Assembly (NCBI GenBank): GCA_964541455.1
Contig: CAZIPS010000003.1
Span: 2,663 to 66,662, forward strand
Source: an uncultured Candidatus Saccharibacteria bacterium
GTDB taxonomy: Bacteria > Patescibacteriota > Minisyncoccia > Phycocordibacterales > JAKFXT01
Direction of reading: 5' to 3'
DNA length: 64,000 bases
The translations under genes were made by a program, and so were the position numbers. Positions 46,490 to 56,273 of the stretch are shown piece after piece. Below the pieces are notes generated by a model that worked only from the letters and a program-made list of their open reading frames with translations, did not search any database and had not been told where the DNA came from. The stretch's first letter is position 1. Each line of letters starts with the position of its first letter.

Positions 46490-48877
46490 ATGGCAAAAAG
46501 TATCAAGAAAGAAAAAAAAATACGCATTGTTTTGCTCGATGTGCACGCCATTCTTCATAGGGCCTATCATGCATTGCCTGATTTTGCGACGTCCGACGGT
46601 AAGCCAACAGGAGCGCTTTATGGACTTTCAACCATGCTCCTTAAAATAGTAAACGATTTGAAGCCAGATTATATTGCAGCTTGTTACGATCTCCCAGGGC
46701 CAACATTCAGGCACGAGGCTTACGAAGCGTATAAGGGGACACGAAGTAAAACTGACGATGCACTTGTTTCTCAATTGGAGAAGAGTCGCGATGTGTTTAA
46801 GGCCTTCAACATCCCAATGTATGAGGCGCCGGGGTTTGAGGCTGATGATATGTTGGGCACTATTGTTGAGCAGTTGAAAAAGAAAGATATACAAGTGGTG
46901 ATCGCTTCGGGGGATATGGACACCATGCAGCTTATTGATGATGAAAAGGTGGTGGTCTATACCTTAAAGAAAGGGATTAACGACACTATTCTCTACGATG
47001 AAAAGGCGGTGATTGAGCGTTTCGGCTTTCCGCCAAAACTTTTGCCAGACTACAAGGGACTTCGTGGTGATCCGTCTGATAACATTATCGGTATTAAAGG
47101 TATTGGGGAGAAAACAGCAACAGAACTCATTGTTGCTTTTGGGAGTATTGAAAAAATGTATAAGCAGCTTAAGAAAGAGCGAGGTGCTTTTTTGAAAGCG
47201 GGAATCAAGGAGCGCATCATCACACTCCTTGAAGAGGGACACGATGAGGCTCTTTTTTCAAAAACACTTGCAACTATTCGTCGAGATGCCCCTATTGTAT
47301 TCACGCTTCCTCAAAAAACATGGAGAGAAGGTATTGAAGTGTCGAAGATGCTTGAATTATTTACGGAACTACAATTCCGTGCACTTTCTGTGCGGGTGAG
47401 AGATCTCTTTGGGCAGAATACGCTTCTAGCAGGAGTTTCTGATGAACCAATAGAACAATTCGAAGAGAAAGAGGAAGTACAAGAAAAAGAACTTGAAGAA
47501 ACAGCGCTAGCGTTGTTCGTGCTTGATTCCAACTACCTTGATCCAGGGATTGAGGACATTTTAAATTTTGCTAAAACTGAAAGTTTCGCCAAAGCAAGGG
47601 AAATTATTTTTGAAGGATTAAAGCAAAGAGGGGTTTTAAAGGTGTATGAAGAAATAGAGAAACCACTTCTTCCGGTGGTTAAGAGAATGGAGGCGTGGGG
47701 AATTGCCATCGATACTCCTTATTTTAAAAAGTTAGGCGAAACGTACCACAAAGAACTTTCTAAGATTGAAGGAAAGATATTTGAGCTTGCCGGAACAGAG
47801 TTTAATGTTAATTCACCCAAACAGTTAAGTGAGATATTGTTTGATAAGTTGGGACTTGCACTCAAAAATCACAAAAAAACCGCAGGGGGAGTGAAGTCTA
47901 CTCGTGAGTCGGAGCTTGAGAAGATGAAGGAGCTTCATCCTATTGTTAACTTCATTCTCTCTTATCGAGAACTACAGAAATTGCTTTCTACCTATATAGA
48001 TACGATTCCTGCGCTTGTGGGGAATGATGGGAGACTTCATGCGCGGTTTGTGTTAGCAGGGGCGGCGACGGGGCGTATGTCTTCTCAGAATCCAAACCTT
48101 CAGAATATTCCTGTAAAAACAGAACTTGGAAGAAATATCCGTCCAGGGTTTGTGGCGGAAAAAGGATATAAACTTGTCACCTTCGATTATGCTCAAATTG
48201 AACTTAAAATTGCCGCTTTTCTTTCAAAAGATAAAAAACTTATAGAGATTTTCAAAAACGGAGAAGATATCCATGAGCAGGTAGCTTCAGAAGTGTTTAA
48301 GGTACCTCCTCAAAAAGTTGATAAGGAAATGAGGCGCAAGGCCAAGGTGATTAACTTCGGTATTCTCTATGGGATGGGGGTTAATGCGCTTAAGGAAAAT
48401 TTGGGAACTGATAGAGCTGAAGCGCAGGAATTTTATAATAAGTATTTTGAAAGTTTTAAAGGGCTTGCTGAGTACCTAAACCATATTAAAGAAGAAGCTC
48501 ATCGACTTGGCTATACTGAGACATACTTTGGACGCAGGCGTTATTTTGAAGGGATTCGCTCCGCACTCCCTTTTATAAAAGCAGCAGCAGAACGTATGGC
48601 AATTAATGCCCCTATCCAAGGGACAAGCGCTGATATTGTAAAGATCGCTATGGCGCGCATCTACGCTATGACCCTTAAAGAGGGGATCGATAAAGAGGTG
48701 AGGCCACTTCTCCAGATACACGATGAGCTTATGTATGAAGTAAAGGAAGACCTTATTGATACTGTTGTTCCGAAAATTCGCGCTATTATGGAGGATATCA
48801 TCCCTCCCAAAGATATTTTCGGTATAACGCTCACAACTGGTTTTGCGGAAGGAAAAAACTGGGGTGAGTTATACTAA
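46490..48877 (+). CDS. polA: DNA polymerase I (5'-3' exonuclease plus polymerase; 3'-5' exonuclease domain reduced)
   Basis: 795 aa with an N-terminal FEN-like nuclease (IVLLDVHAILHRAYHAL, HhH GIKGIGEKTA), pol A motifs (DYAQIELKIAAFLS; motif C QIHDELMYEV). Confidence 0.95.
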   Translation: MAKSIKKEKKIRIVLLDVHAILHRAYHALPDFATSDGKPTGALYGLSTMLLKIVNDLKPDYIAACYDLPGPTFRHEAYEAYKGTRSKTDDALVSQLEKSRDVFKAFNIPMYEAPGFEADDMLGTIVEQLKKKDIQVVIASGDMDTMQLIDDEKVVVYTLKKGINDTILYDEKAVIERFGFPPKLLPDYKGLRGDPSDNIIGIKGIGEKTATELIVAFGSIEKMYKQLKKERGAFLKAGIKERIITLLEEGHDEALFSKTLATIRRDAPIVFTLPQKTWREGIEVSKMLELFTELQFRALSVRVRDLFGQNTLLAGVSDEPIEQFEEKEEVQEKELEETALALFVLDSNYLDPGIEDILNFAKTESFAKAREIIFEGLKQRGVLKVYEEIEKPLLPVVKRMEAWGIAIDTPYFKKLGETYHKELSKIEGKIFELAGTEFNVNSPKQLSEILFDKLGLALKNHKKTAGGVKSTRESELEKMKELHPIVNFILSYRELQKLLSTYIDTIPALVGNDGRLHARFVLAGAATGRMSSQNPNLQNIPVKTELGRNIRPGFVAEKGYKLVTFDYAQIELKIAAFLSKDKKLIEIFKNGEDIHEQVASEVFKVPPQKVDKEMRRKAKVINFGILYGMGVNALKENLGTDRAEAQEFYNKYFESFKGLAEYLNHIKEEAHRLGYTETYFGRRRYFEGIRSALPFIKAAAERMAINAPIQGTSADIVKIAMARIYAMTLKEGIDKEVRPLLQIHDELMYEVKEDLIDTVVPKIRAIMEDIIPPKDIFGITLTTGFAEGKNWGELY

Positions 48878-48893
48878 CCTGCAAAAAACTTTT

Positions 48894-49583
48894 ATGCTCT
48901 ACGTTTACTATGGCAATGATCGGGTGAAGGCTCTACTTAAGGCCCAGAAGGTGTTGGAGAAAAGTGGGGCAGAGGAAGTGGTGCGGCTCGATGACACAAC
49001 AGCCACTCTTTCAGAGATATTTTCTCTTGTAGAACAAAGCAGCCTTTTTGGTGGTGTGAAAGCTGTGAAGTGCGATCAGGTGCTACAAAGTGAGGAGGTG
49101 GGTGAGGATGTGCTCAAGAGGATTGAAGCGCTCGCTAAGTCTTCTACTATTTTTGTTTTTCTTGAGGACAAAATCTTGGCTGAACCACTACGTACGATCA
49201 AAAAATATGCAACTGAAGTTGAAGAGTATAAGTTAACTGAAAAGAAAGAAGCTTTTAATACGTTCGCATTAGCAGATGTATTCCTTATGAGAGATAAGAA
49301 AGCCCTTTGGGTACTTCTCATGCGGGCGTTTAAGGCAGAGAAGACGGCTGAAGAAATTATCGGGACACTCTTTTGGCAAATGAAAAGCTTTATGATTATT
49401 GAGGAAGGAGGTGGGACAACACTTTCTCCATATGTTGTAGGGAAGACAAAAAGGCAACAAAAAAATTTCGCACCGGGAGAAATGAAACGTTTAACTAATC
49501 AGCTTCTCATTTCTTACCACGAAGCAAGACGAGGAAAAGGGGATATGGAAACAGTGCTTGAACGATTTGTGCTTGGAGTCTAA
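48894..49583 (+). CDS. DNA polymerase III delta subunit-like protein (HolA), short form
   Basis: An N-terminal MLYVYYGNDRVKA... resembles the HolA start, with an AAA-lid-like alpha-helical C-terminus. Placement after polA. Start taken at the internal Met. Confidence 0.45.
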   Translation: MLYVYYGNDRVKALLKAQKVLEKSGAEEVVRLDDTTATLSEIFSLVEQSSLFGGVKAVKCDQVLQSEEVGEDVLKRIEALAKSSTIFVFLEDKILAEPLRTIKKYATEVEEYKLTEKKEAFNTFALADVFLMRDKKALWVLLMRAFKAEKTAEEIIGTLFWQMKSFMIIEEGGGTTLSPYVVGKTKRQQKNFAPGEMKRLTNQLLISYHEARRGKGDMETVLERFVLGV

Positions 49584-49608
49584 TGAATTTTTGCAAAACG
49601 TCTTCTTA

Positions 49609-50019
49609 TTAAACTTGTGGAGGTACGGGTTTAAATCCTCTAACTGTTTTAGTGCTAAAGTAAAAAGCAACGAGAAAAACAATAGCTGTCACTTGTCTAA
49701 AGATAAAGACACCGCGAGTGATCTCCTGATGCGTTGAATATTCTCTAAGGGCGAGATATTCAAAAAAGAGGAACGAAACGGCAGTAAATACCATGTTCCA
49801 CACAATGACCTTGCGACTTTCGGGGCTTGTGTAGCCGGCAAGCAACGTTAAGATGAGTACGCCGAAAATACCAAAACTAAGATTGAGCCCTAAAAGCTGC
49901 TGGTCGAGAAGAAACTCGACAAGGAGTACAGCACTTGCTCCGAGCAAAAGCTTACGTACAAAATCGCCGTAGTAATGAGGGATGGGATTCTTTTTGTTTG
50001 TTTTTTGATCTTGGTCCAT
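49609..50019 (-). CDS. Hypothetical membrane protein (136 aa, 3-4 TM)
   Basis: Hydrophobic helices. No recognisable family. Confidence 0.4.
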   Translation of the reverse strand: MDQDQKTNKKNPIPHYYGDFVRKLLLGASAVLLVEFLLDQQLLGLNLSFGIFGVLILTLLAGYTSPESRKVIVWNMVFTAVSFLFFEYLALREYSTHQEITRGVFIFRQVTAIVFLVAFYFSTKTVRGFKPVPPQV

Positions 50020-50048
50020 GTGGATATTATGCTCCTATTTAGGGATTT

Positions 50049-50906
50049 TTGGTAGGACTCTTTTGGTACAATGCGGCAATGACCTTTTTTCTTCTTTATA
50101 CCTGTATTGGGGCAATAGGGGGAGTAGTAGTTTTGTTTTTTGCATTGCGACTACTCACCAGCCCTTCAAATAATAGAGATTGGGCGCCGGACCAAAAAAT
50201 TCTTCCTTATGGGGTTATAGAGGGTGACAATGTTTCGCTTTTTAATATTCGTAATTTTGCCTACATTTCAGTAACAAAGTACAAAGAACAGTATTATGAC
50301 AAAATTTTTGACGTACGTACTATAAAAAGAGTGTGGTATGTCGTCGAGCCTTTTTCTGGAATTCCAGGTTCGGCACACACTTTTCTTAGCTTTGAATTTG
50401 AAGAGGGAGTATTTTTGGCTTTTTCAATTGAGATTAGGAAGAGGAAGGGACAGGAGTTTCACCCTATTAAGGGATTGTTTAACCAGTATGAGCTGATGTA
50501 TGTTATTGCTGATGAAAATGATGTGGTGAAGTTGCGTTCAAATTATCGCAAGGACCCTGTCTATGTGTACCCTGCAAGAGCACCACAAGAAAAAGTAAAA
50601 ATGTTATTTTTACATATGGTTAAGAGTGCGAATATGCTCCGTGAACATCCTCAGTTTTATAACACCATAACGCATAATTGTACGACCGAAATTGTGCGCC
50701 ATATTAATGCCATCACTCCCAAAAGCGTACCTCTTTTTAGTTTGGCGATTCTTTTTCCGGAGTATTCTGATAAGTTAGCTTATAACTTGGGACTCCTGGA
50801 CACCACGCTTTCTTTTGAAAAGGCGCGGGAGAAGTTTCGCATAAATGAAAGAGCGGAGAAGTATAAGGATGACCCACATTTTTCGGGAAAGATAAGGGAG
50901 GGGTAG
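50049..50906 (+). CDS. DUF4105 (Lnb-like N-terminal domain) membrane-anchored protein
   Basis: 285 aa with an N-terminal TM and conserved DUF4105-like motifs (DWAPDQ, SFEFEEGVFLAFSIEIRK, YNTITHNCTTEIVRHIN). Confidence 0.6.
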   Translation: MVGLFWYNAAMTFFLLYTCIGAIGGVVVLFFALRLLTSPSNNRDWAPDQKILPYGVIEGDNVSLFNIRNFAYISVTKYKEQYYDKIFDVRTIKRVWYVVEPFSGIPGSAHTFLSFEFEEGVFLAFSIEIRKRKGQEFHPIKGLFNQYELMYVIADENDVVKLRSNYRKDPVYVYPARAPQEKVKMLFLHMVKSANMLREHPQFYNTITHNCTTEIVRHINAITPKSVPLFSLAILFPEYSDKLAYNLGLLDTTLSFEKAREKFRINERAEKYKDDPHFSGKIREG

Positions 50907-51070
50907 GGGGTACAGGGATCTTTCGCTGTACGAATAGTATAGCTTCCCCATTTTTTGTAACAGGAATTTGTCGTCACGGATAATTTTGTTTTCGTCAAAA
51001 CAAAATTTCCTTGACCACGACTCGCGGTTTTGCGTACTCGCAAAACATCGCTCCGTCTCGGACTTGTAGT

Positions 51071-51098
51071 AAAAAACAGTGCGCAGGCACTGTTTTTT
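51071..51098. terminator. Palindromic terminator hairpin downstream of tRNA-Lys; an identical element recurs at 63283-63320
   Basis: AAAAAACAGTGC-GCAG-GCACTGTTTTTT. The reverse-complement-identical copy follows tRNA-Arg(TCT). Confidence 0.75.
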
Positions 51099-51104
51099 CT
51101 CAAG

Positions 51105-51176
51105 TCCGCCCAGCAGGGATCGAACCTGCGACCAATTGCTTAAAAGGCAACTGCTCTACCACTGAGCTATGGGCGG
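51105..51176 (-). tRNA. tRNA-Lys (anticodon UUU)
   Basis: Manual cloverleaf: acceptor CCGCCCA/UGGGCGG, D-arm GCUC-AGUGGUA-GAGC, anticodon loop CUUUUAA, T-arm GCAGGUUCGAUCCCUGC. Confidence 0.85.
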
Positions 51177-51220
51177 AATATCCCCTAACTTACAACAAAA
51201 ACCTCTAAAAGAGAAGCTGT

Positions 51221-51670
51221 CTAGAGAGGGAGGTCAAAGGCATACATCCCAGGGCCAATGAAGAGAAGTGAGAAAGTAATAATAAAAAGGAGGGCGTAAA
51301 ATGAGCGAGGGTGAGGGGTTACCGATTTTCCTATGAGATTAAGGACGAGGAGTTTGAGCGCAATTAAGGCTCCAATAAGAGCGCCTATTTGGGTGTAGAG
51401 GCCAGCAAGGAGGGAGAGGGCAACTATAGTTTCAAATGCTGCAAGAAGGATAAGGAAAAAGAGAGGGCGAAAATACTTAAACTTTCTAATATCAGAAAGA
51501 ATGCCACTGCGTTCCTTGGTAAGCGTGCGGTATCCAAGAGTAAGGAAGGTGATGCCGATAGAGACACGAACAATAGTGATACCGAAAAATCCGTAGGCAA
51601 GAAGTGTTGGAAATATGCTTAACATGGAGATTATTCTAGCATAAGAGGCATTTGTGCTATAGTCTCCCAA
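51221..51670 (-). CDS. DoxX-like small membrane protein
   Basis: 149 aa with four TM helices of DoxX-like composition. The true start may be the internal Met. Confidence 0.4.
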   Translation of the reverse strand: MGDYSTNASYARIISMLSIFPTLLAYGFFGITIVRVSIGITFLTLGYRTLTKERSGILSDIRKFKYFRPLFFLILLAAFETIVALSLLAGLYTQIGALIGALIALKLLVLNLIGKSVTPHPRSFYALLFIITFSLLFIGPGMYAFDLPL

Positions 51671-52159
51671 ATGAAAACAAAGAAAAAAGAGACAGAAGCA
51701 TACTTGGCTTTGGTGGACATACGTAGTGCTGAAAATGTCGGGGCCATATTTAGGACAGCCGATGCTTTAGGGATAAGTACCATCTATCTCGTAGGGTATA
51801 CTCCAGACCCTATCGATCGTTTCAACAGAGCAAGAAAGGATGTGGCAAAAGCAGCACTTGGAGCAGAGAAAACGGTTCCTTGGGAGCATGTAAAGGACAC
51901 CGCCACTCTTTTCAAACTACTCAAGAAGAACCGGCTTCAAGGTATTGCCATCGAACAAGATAAGCGAGCGGTAGATTATAAAAAAGTAACCCTTGAAGGA
52001 CCAACATGTTTTTTGGTGGGGAATGAAGTTACAGGGCTCCCAAAAAATATTTTAAAAAAGGTGGATATTATTGCCGAAATCCCCATGCAAGGGAAAAAAG
52101 AGTCACTTAATGTAAGTGTGGCAACAGGGATAGCACTGGCACGAATACTTAATCTTTAG
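51671..52159 (+). CDS. SpoU/TrmH-family RNA 2'-O-methyltransferase
   Basis: 162 aa with SPOUT motifs (SAENVGAIFRTADALGI; LVGNEVTGLP; SLNVSVATGIAL). Confidence 0.85.
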   Translation: MKTKKKETEAYLALVDIRSAENVGAIFRTADALGISTIYLVGYTPDPIDRFNRARKDVAKAALGAEKTVPWEHVKDTATLFKLLKKNRLQGIAIEQDKRAVDYKKVTLEGPTCFLVGNEVTGLPKNILKKVDIIAEIPMQGKKESLNVSVATGIALARILNL

Positions 52160-52168
52160 TGGTATTGA

Positions 52169-53074
52169 TTAGTACGTTTTAAAATAGGCCGCAGTATTGC
52201 CGCTTAGATCAATTACTTTTACAAGTTCGCGTTGATTTTGCCAGAGATTTTCTGGTTGCTTAAGATAAAGGCGCCATTCAGGTTTGTAAAAATCTGCATC
52301 AAGTTTGTGGTTTTCTACACAGGTATTGTAGTTAATCTTTGTTGCAACATATGAGGTGCACTCTGGACCCAAATCATTTGGAACATCGTTTAGTGGCATA
52401 GTGCAGGTGCCGATACTTTCGATGTAGTTAAGACAGGCATTTCGATAGTTTGCCCCTATGGTAGGTAGATCCTCATCTGATGCTCGAGGACATTCATAGG
52501 GGAGCGGGGGGTTAAAAGAGGCGCTTTGATTGAAGTATCCTGTACATTTATTGACGCGGAAGGAGTAGCCAACAGGTGAAGTTCCTGTGGTGATGTACGC
52601 AGTGTCTCCTGGTTGTAGATACACTGGGTCGTCATAATTGATGCGGCCGAAATCAGGACGATAGACTGCACGAGGAAGCGTACTCCCTCGTCCTGTAGGA
52701 GCGCTTTTAATTTGCATACCGGTGATAAGTACTCGATTTGGGGCGTCTGATGCAAGGTGAAGGGTAACGTACTCATCTCTTGGATTGTCTATCCCAATAC
52801 CGCCTTGGTAGAGCGTCATGTATTTATTTAATGAAGAGAGGGGGCCTGTGGCAGTTGATTCGGCAGTCGCTTTTTTGAGTTCAGTTGTTTCGTTGCTAAT
52901 GCGGTTCACTTCACTACTGATCCCTTCGATTGTTGAGGGGGCTTTGTAAGATCCATCTGGATTTCGGTTGGCGCCACTCATCCCCCCATTAACGCTCCAC
53001 ATTAAAAAGAGGATGCCAAAGAAAGCAATAAGAAAACCAAAGCCACTATCGCCACCTGATTTCGATTCCGCCAT
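52169..53074 (-). CDS. Hypothetical exported protein with an N-terminal TM anchor (301 aa)
   Basis: N-terminal hydrophobic helix, Cys-containing extracellular domain. No recognisable family. Confidence 0.4.
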   Translation of the reverse strand: MAESKSGGDSGFGFLIAFFGILFLMWSVNGGMSGANRNPDGSYKAPSTIEGISSEVNRISNETTELKKATAESTATGPLSSLNKYMTLYQGGIGIDNPRDEYVTLHLASDAPNRVLITGMQIKSAPTGRGSTLPRAVYRPDFGRINYDDPVYLQPGDTAYITTGTSPVGYSFRVNKCTGYFNQSASFNPPLPYECPRASDEDLPTIGANYRNACLNYIESIGTCTMPLNDVPNDLGPECTSYVATKINYNTCVENHKLDADFYKPEWRLYLKQPENLWQNQRELVKVIDLSGNTAAYFKTY

Positions 53075-53101
53075 GATGCACTTATCATACCTCCGAGGCC
53101 T

Positions 53102-53998
53102 TTACTTTAGAAGAGGTTGATGGATACTGCAGTAATGAGCGCTCCTCCCATTAACTACTTTGCGAAGAATGACACCTTTGCAACCTCTTTTCTCGCAGGG
53201 CTTACCTGTTTTCCTGTACGCATGATGTTTGTTTTGAAAGTTACCCTTTTCGCCATAGATATTTCGGTAATCTGAAGTAGAGTCTCCTCCAAAAGCAATG
53301 CCCCCTAAAAGGGTTGGTCTAATAACACTAAAAAGTTTTTTCAATTGTTGGGAGGTGAGGGAGGAGACTTTTTGCTCTGGGTGTATGCTAGAGCGCCAAA
53401 GCACTTCATCAGAGTAAATATTGCCGATCCCAGCAAGTACGCTTTGATCCATGAGGACTGTTTTTATTTTACCGTTTTTCTTTTTTAAAAGACGCTCCTT
53501 AAAGAGGTTAAATGTAAAAGCGGGAGAAAGAGGTTCTGGTCCAAGGTGTGAGAGGTGAGGGGAGTGCGAAAGAAGGGGGGTATTGATAAGAACAAGTTTA
53601 CCGAATTTGCGTGTGTCACAAAAGGCTAGATGTTTGCCGTTTGAAAGCGAGAAGAGGACATGAATAAAACGGTTGTACGGATCACGAAGTGCATCATTTT
53701 TCTCGCTTTCATGAGGAACCCATGTTTTAAGGTGTTCTTTGTAATGGCCATAGAGAAGATGGCCAGTCATTTTAAGGTGAATAAGAAGTGTGTAGTCGTT
53801 TTCGAAATGAATAAGGATATTTTTAGCGCGGCGCTCCACCCCTTTGATTTTTTTGTTAAGAATCGCTTTTTTAATTGTTGGGACAGTGGTTCCACGAAAC
53901 ATTTTTGGCCAATCGGTCCAAAGCGAAGTGAAAGAGAGTGTGGGAAGCACTTTCGCTAGTCCACTAACAGTGGTTTGGACCTCGGGTAGTTCAGGCAT
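53102..53998 (-). CDS. mutM: Formamidopyrimidine-DNA glycosylase (Fpg/Nei family)
   Basis: Starts MPELPEV (catalytic Pro2/Glu3), with an H2TH region and a C-terminal zinc finger (CEKRGC...CSIHQ). Confidence 0.9.
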   Translation of the reverse strand: MPELPEVQTTVSGLAKVLPTLSFTSLWTDWPKMFRGTTVPTIKKAILNKKIKGVERRAKNILIHFENDYTLLIHLKMTGHLLYGHYKEHLKTWVPHESEKNDALRDPYNRFIHVLFSLSNGKHLAFCDTRKFGKLVLINTPLLSHSPHLSHLGPEPLSPAFTFNLFKERLLKKKNGKIKTVLMDQSVLAGIGNIYSDEVLWRSSIHPEQKVSSLTSQQLKKLFSVIRPTLLGGIAFGGDSTSDYRNIYGEKGNFQNKHHAYRKTGKPCEKRGCKGVILRKVVNGRSAHYCSIHQPLLK

Positions 53999-54038
53999 AT
54001 ACTTTTTCTACAGGACGTACGTCTTTTCTGCAACTTGT

Positions 54039-54986
54039 ATGTATAAATACCCGCATACGACTTTTTTCTTCGCTACTCTTTTTGTAGCTAGTTTTTTAAG
54101 TGTGTTTTTAGGAAGTAAGCTCCCACTGCTCTATGAGAAAGGAACGGACATGCTTGCAGCGGTCTTTTTTACACCAAGTATTACCGTGCCAGAGCTCAAA
54201 GCAGCATACAATGGGACACACCCAACACACCGCACACTTAAGATACTCATTGTTCCAGGACACGAACCTTTTACTGGTGGAACTGAATATGGGGGAGTGA
54301 CGGAGCGGAACTTAACGGTGTTATTGGCAAACGATCTAAGAGACATATTAGGGAAAAATAAAAAGTATGAAGTCTTTGTAACAAGAAATCAGCTTTCTTG
54401 GCATGAACCACTTGTGTCGTACTTTAAAAATCAGGGTGAGGCCATTGATTCATGGCGCCGCGAAAAGCAACTTTCCATGAATGCGCTTGTTGCAAGTGGA
54501 ACAGTGACTCTCTCTATACCTATTGTCCATGGGAAAGCCAATAGTGATGATGCAAGAAGGCTCTATGGAGTGCAAAAGTGGGCGAATGAGCAGGACTATG
54601 ATGTAATCCTCCATATACATATAAATGATTATCCAAGGAAGGGAAAAGAAAAGAAATATACAGGACTCGCACTTTATGTGCCGGAGCATCAATACTCAAA
54701 TGCCGATGCTTCTCAAACACTCGCAGCATATATGTTTAAGGAGCTTAATACGGTGATAGGAACAAGTACACTAAAAGAGGAAAAAAGTGGGGTGGTTGAG
54801 GATCAAGAGCTTATTGCTATTGGCCGCTTTAATACAGCAGATACTGCCAATGTACTCATAGAATATGGGTATATTTACGAACCCCAGTATCAAGGAACTA
54901 ATGAGGTGCGAGACCAAGCGCTTTATACTTATGCGCTTAAAACGTACCAAGGACTCGAGGATTTTTTTGGAGATACTAAAAACTAA
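54039..54986 (+). CDS. N-acetylmuramoyl-L-alanine amidase (Amidase_3-like) with an N-terminal TM anchor
   Basis: LKILIVPGHEPFTGGTEYGGVTERNLTVLLANDL matches the amidase_3 Zn-binding start and a downstream HIHINDYP motif. Start set at the Met after the mutM overlap. The ORF track starts at 53844. Confidence 0.6.
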   Translation: MYKYPHTTFFFATLFVASFLSVFLGSKLPLLYEKGTDMLAAVFFTPSITVPELKAAYNGTHPTHRTLKILIVPGHEPFTGGTEYGGVTERNLTVLLANDLRDILGKNKKYEVFVTRNQLSWHEPLVSYFKNQGEAIDSWRREKQLSMNALVASGTVTLSIPIVHGKANSDDARRLYGVQKWANEQDYDVILHIHINDYPRKGKEKKYTGLALYVPEHQYSNADASQTLAAYMFKELNTVIGTSTLKEEKSGVVEDQELIAIGRFNTADTANVLIEYGYIYEPQYQGTNEVRDQALYTYALKTYQGLEDFFGDTKN

Positions 54987-56245
54987 ACTAGTTTTTGAAG
55001 TTCTTCTCTAGCTATTTCAGCGTCACTCCATGGAGTCCTTTTGTTTTTTGCTTCCATAATGTAAGGGTCGGTGCCCTTGCCACTAATGAGGACGGTTGAC
55101 CCAAGGTTTGCATGACGCAGTGCGGTGCGAATAGCTTCTCTGCGGTCCATGATAATCTCTATTTTTTTGTTCGTGATGCCTGCTTTAATATCAGCAACAA
55201 TGCTTTCGGGATCTTCGTCATACGGATCTTCATTGGTGAGGATAATTTCATCGCAATACGAGCTCGCCACTTTCCCCATCTTTTCGCGTTTTCCCTTATC
55301 TCTCCCGCCCCCTGTGCCACCTAGAACACAAATGCGACGCGTGCCACTGAAGGCCTCATAGAGTTTGGTGAGTGAGTCGACTGTATGGGCGTAGTCAACA
55401 ACGACAGTAAAATTTTGGCCAGCCTCGATGCGCTGTACTCGCCCAAGCGCACCTTTAAAAGATTCTACTGCATGCAATAGAACATCTGTTGGAATATGAA
55501 GTGCTTCTCCTAAGGTAAGTGCTGCAAGAGCGTTTAACATATTAAATGTTCCAGGAAGTGTAGTATGCACAGTGCGCCCATTCCACGAAAAGTATCCTCC
55601 TGAGTGGCCAAGTTCATATGGCTTAGCTTGCTCGAGACGGTAGGTATATTTTTTTGAATAGGGGAGTGAAGCAAAGAGTGAGGACTCAGCTTCGTCTCCA
55701 TTTAGAATCGCAATGCGTGTGTGTTTGCCACTTTGAGCACAGCGTTTTGCAATTTCAAACTTTGCTGCACGATACTTTTCGTATGATCCATGGCGTTCGA
55801 TATGTTCAGGAGAGAGGTTGGTGAAAACAAAGGCATCAAGATAGATAAAACGATGGCGGAATTGGAGCACCGCTTCGCTACTCATCTCTATAACTGCATA
55901 GGTACAGCCTTTCTTTATGGCGCGACGCAAAAGCTTTTGCAAAAAGAAGCGTCCAGGGGTTGTCATTTTAAAAAGGTTTCGCTCACTTTTTTCACCAATT
56001 TTGAATTGGATAGTTGAAACAAGTGCCGTTTTGTACCCCGCTTCAGTGAGAAGGTGGTGGATATATTCACTGGTGGTTGTTTTGCCTTTAGTTCCTGTGA
56101 CCCCAATTACAAATATTTCTTTAGAAGGAAATCTGTAGAGGATGGCGCCTGTGAGGGCGAGGAGGTAATGATACGCAGGCTGGAAAAAACGGTAGATAGA
56201 TTTCGGAATCAGTTTTTCTATAAAGCGAAGAATTTTTTCAAGCAT
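54983..56245 (-). CDS. Mur ligase family protein, MurE-like (lacks the N-terminal domain)
   Basis: Central-domain P-loop (IGVTGTKGKTTTSEYI) and C-terminal DYAHTVDSL motif typical of MurE. At 420 aa it is shorter than canonical MurE. Confidence 0.7.
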   Translation of the reverse strand: MLEKILRFIEKLIPKSIYRFFQPAYHYLLALTGAILYRFPSKEIFVIGVTGTKGKTTTSEYIHHLLTEAGYKTALVSTIQFKIGEKSERNLFKMTTPGRFFLQKLLRRAIKKGCTYAVIEMSSEAVLQFRHRFIYLDAFVFTNLSPEHIERHGSYEKYRAAKFEIAKRCAQSGKHTRIAILNGDEAESSLFASLPYSKKYTYRLEQAKPYELGHSGGYFSWNGRTVHTTLPGTFNMLNALAALTLGEALHIPTDVLLHAVESFKGALGRVQRIEAGQNFTVVVDYAHTVDSLTKLYEAFSGTRRICVLGGTGGGRDKGKREKMGKVASSYCDEIILTNEDPYDEDPESIVADIKAGITNKKIEIIMDRREAIRTALRHANLGSTVLISGKGTDPYIMEAKNKRTPWSDAEIAREELQKLV

Positions 56246-56273
56246 AGTGAAAGTATAGCAGTAGTTAGATTTC

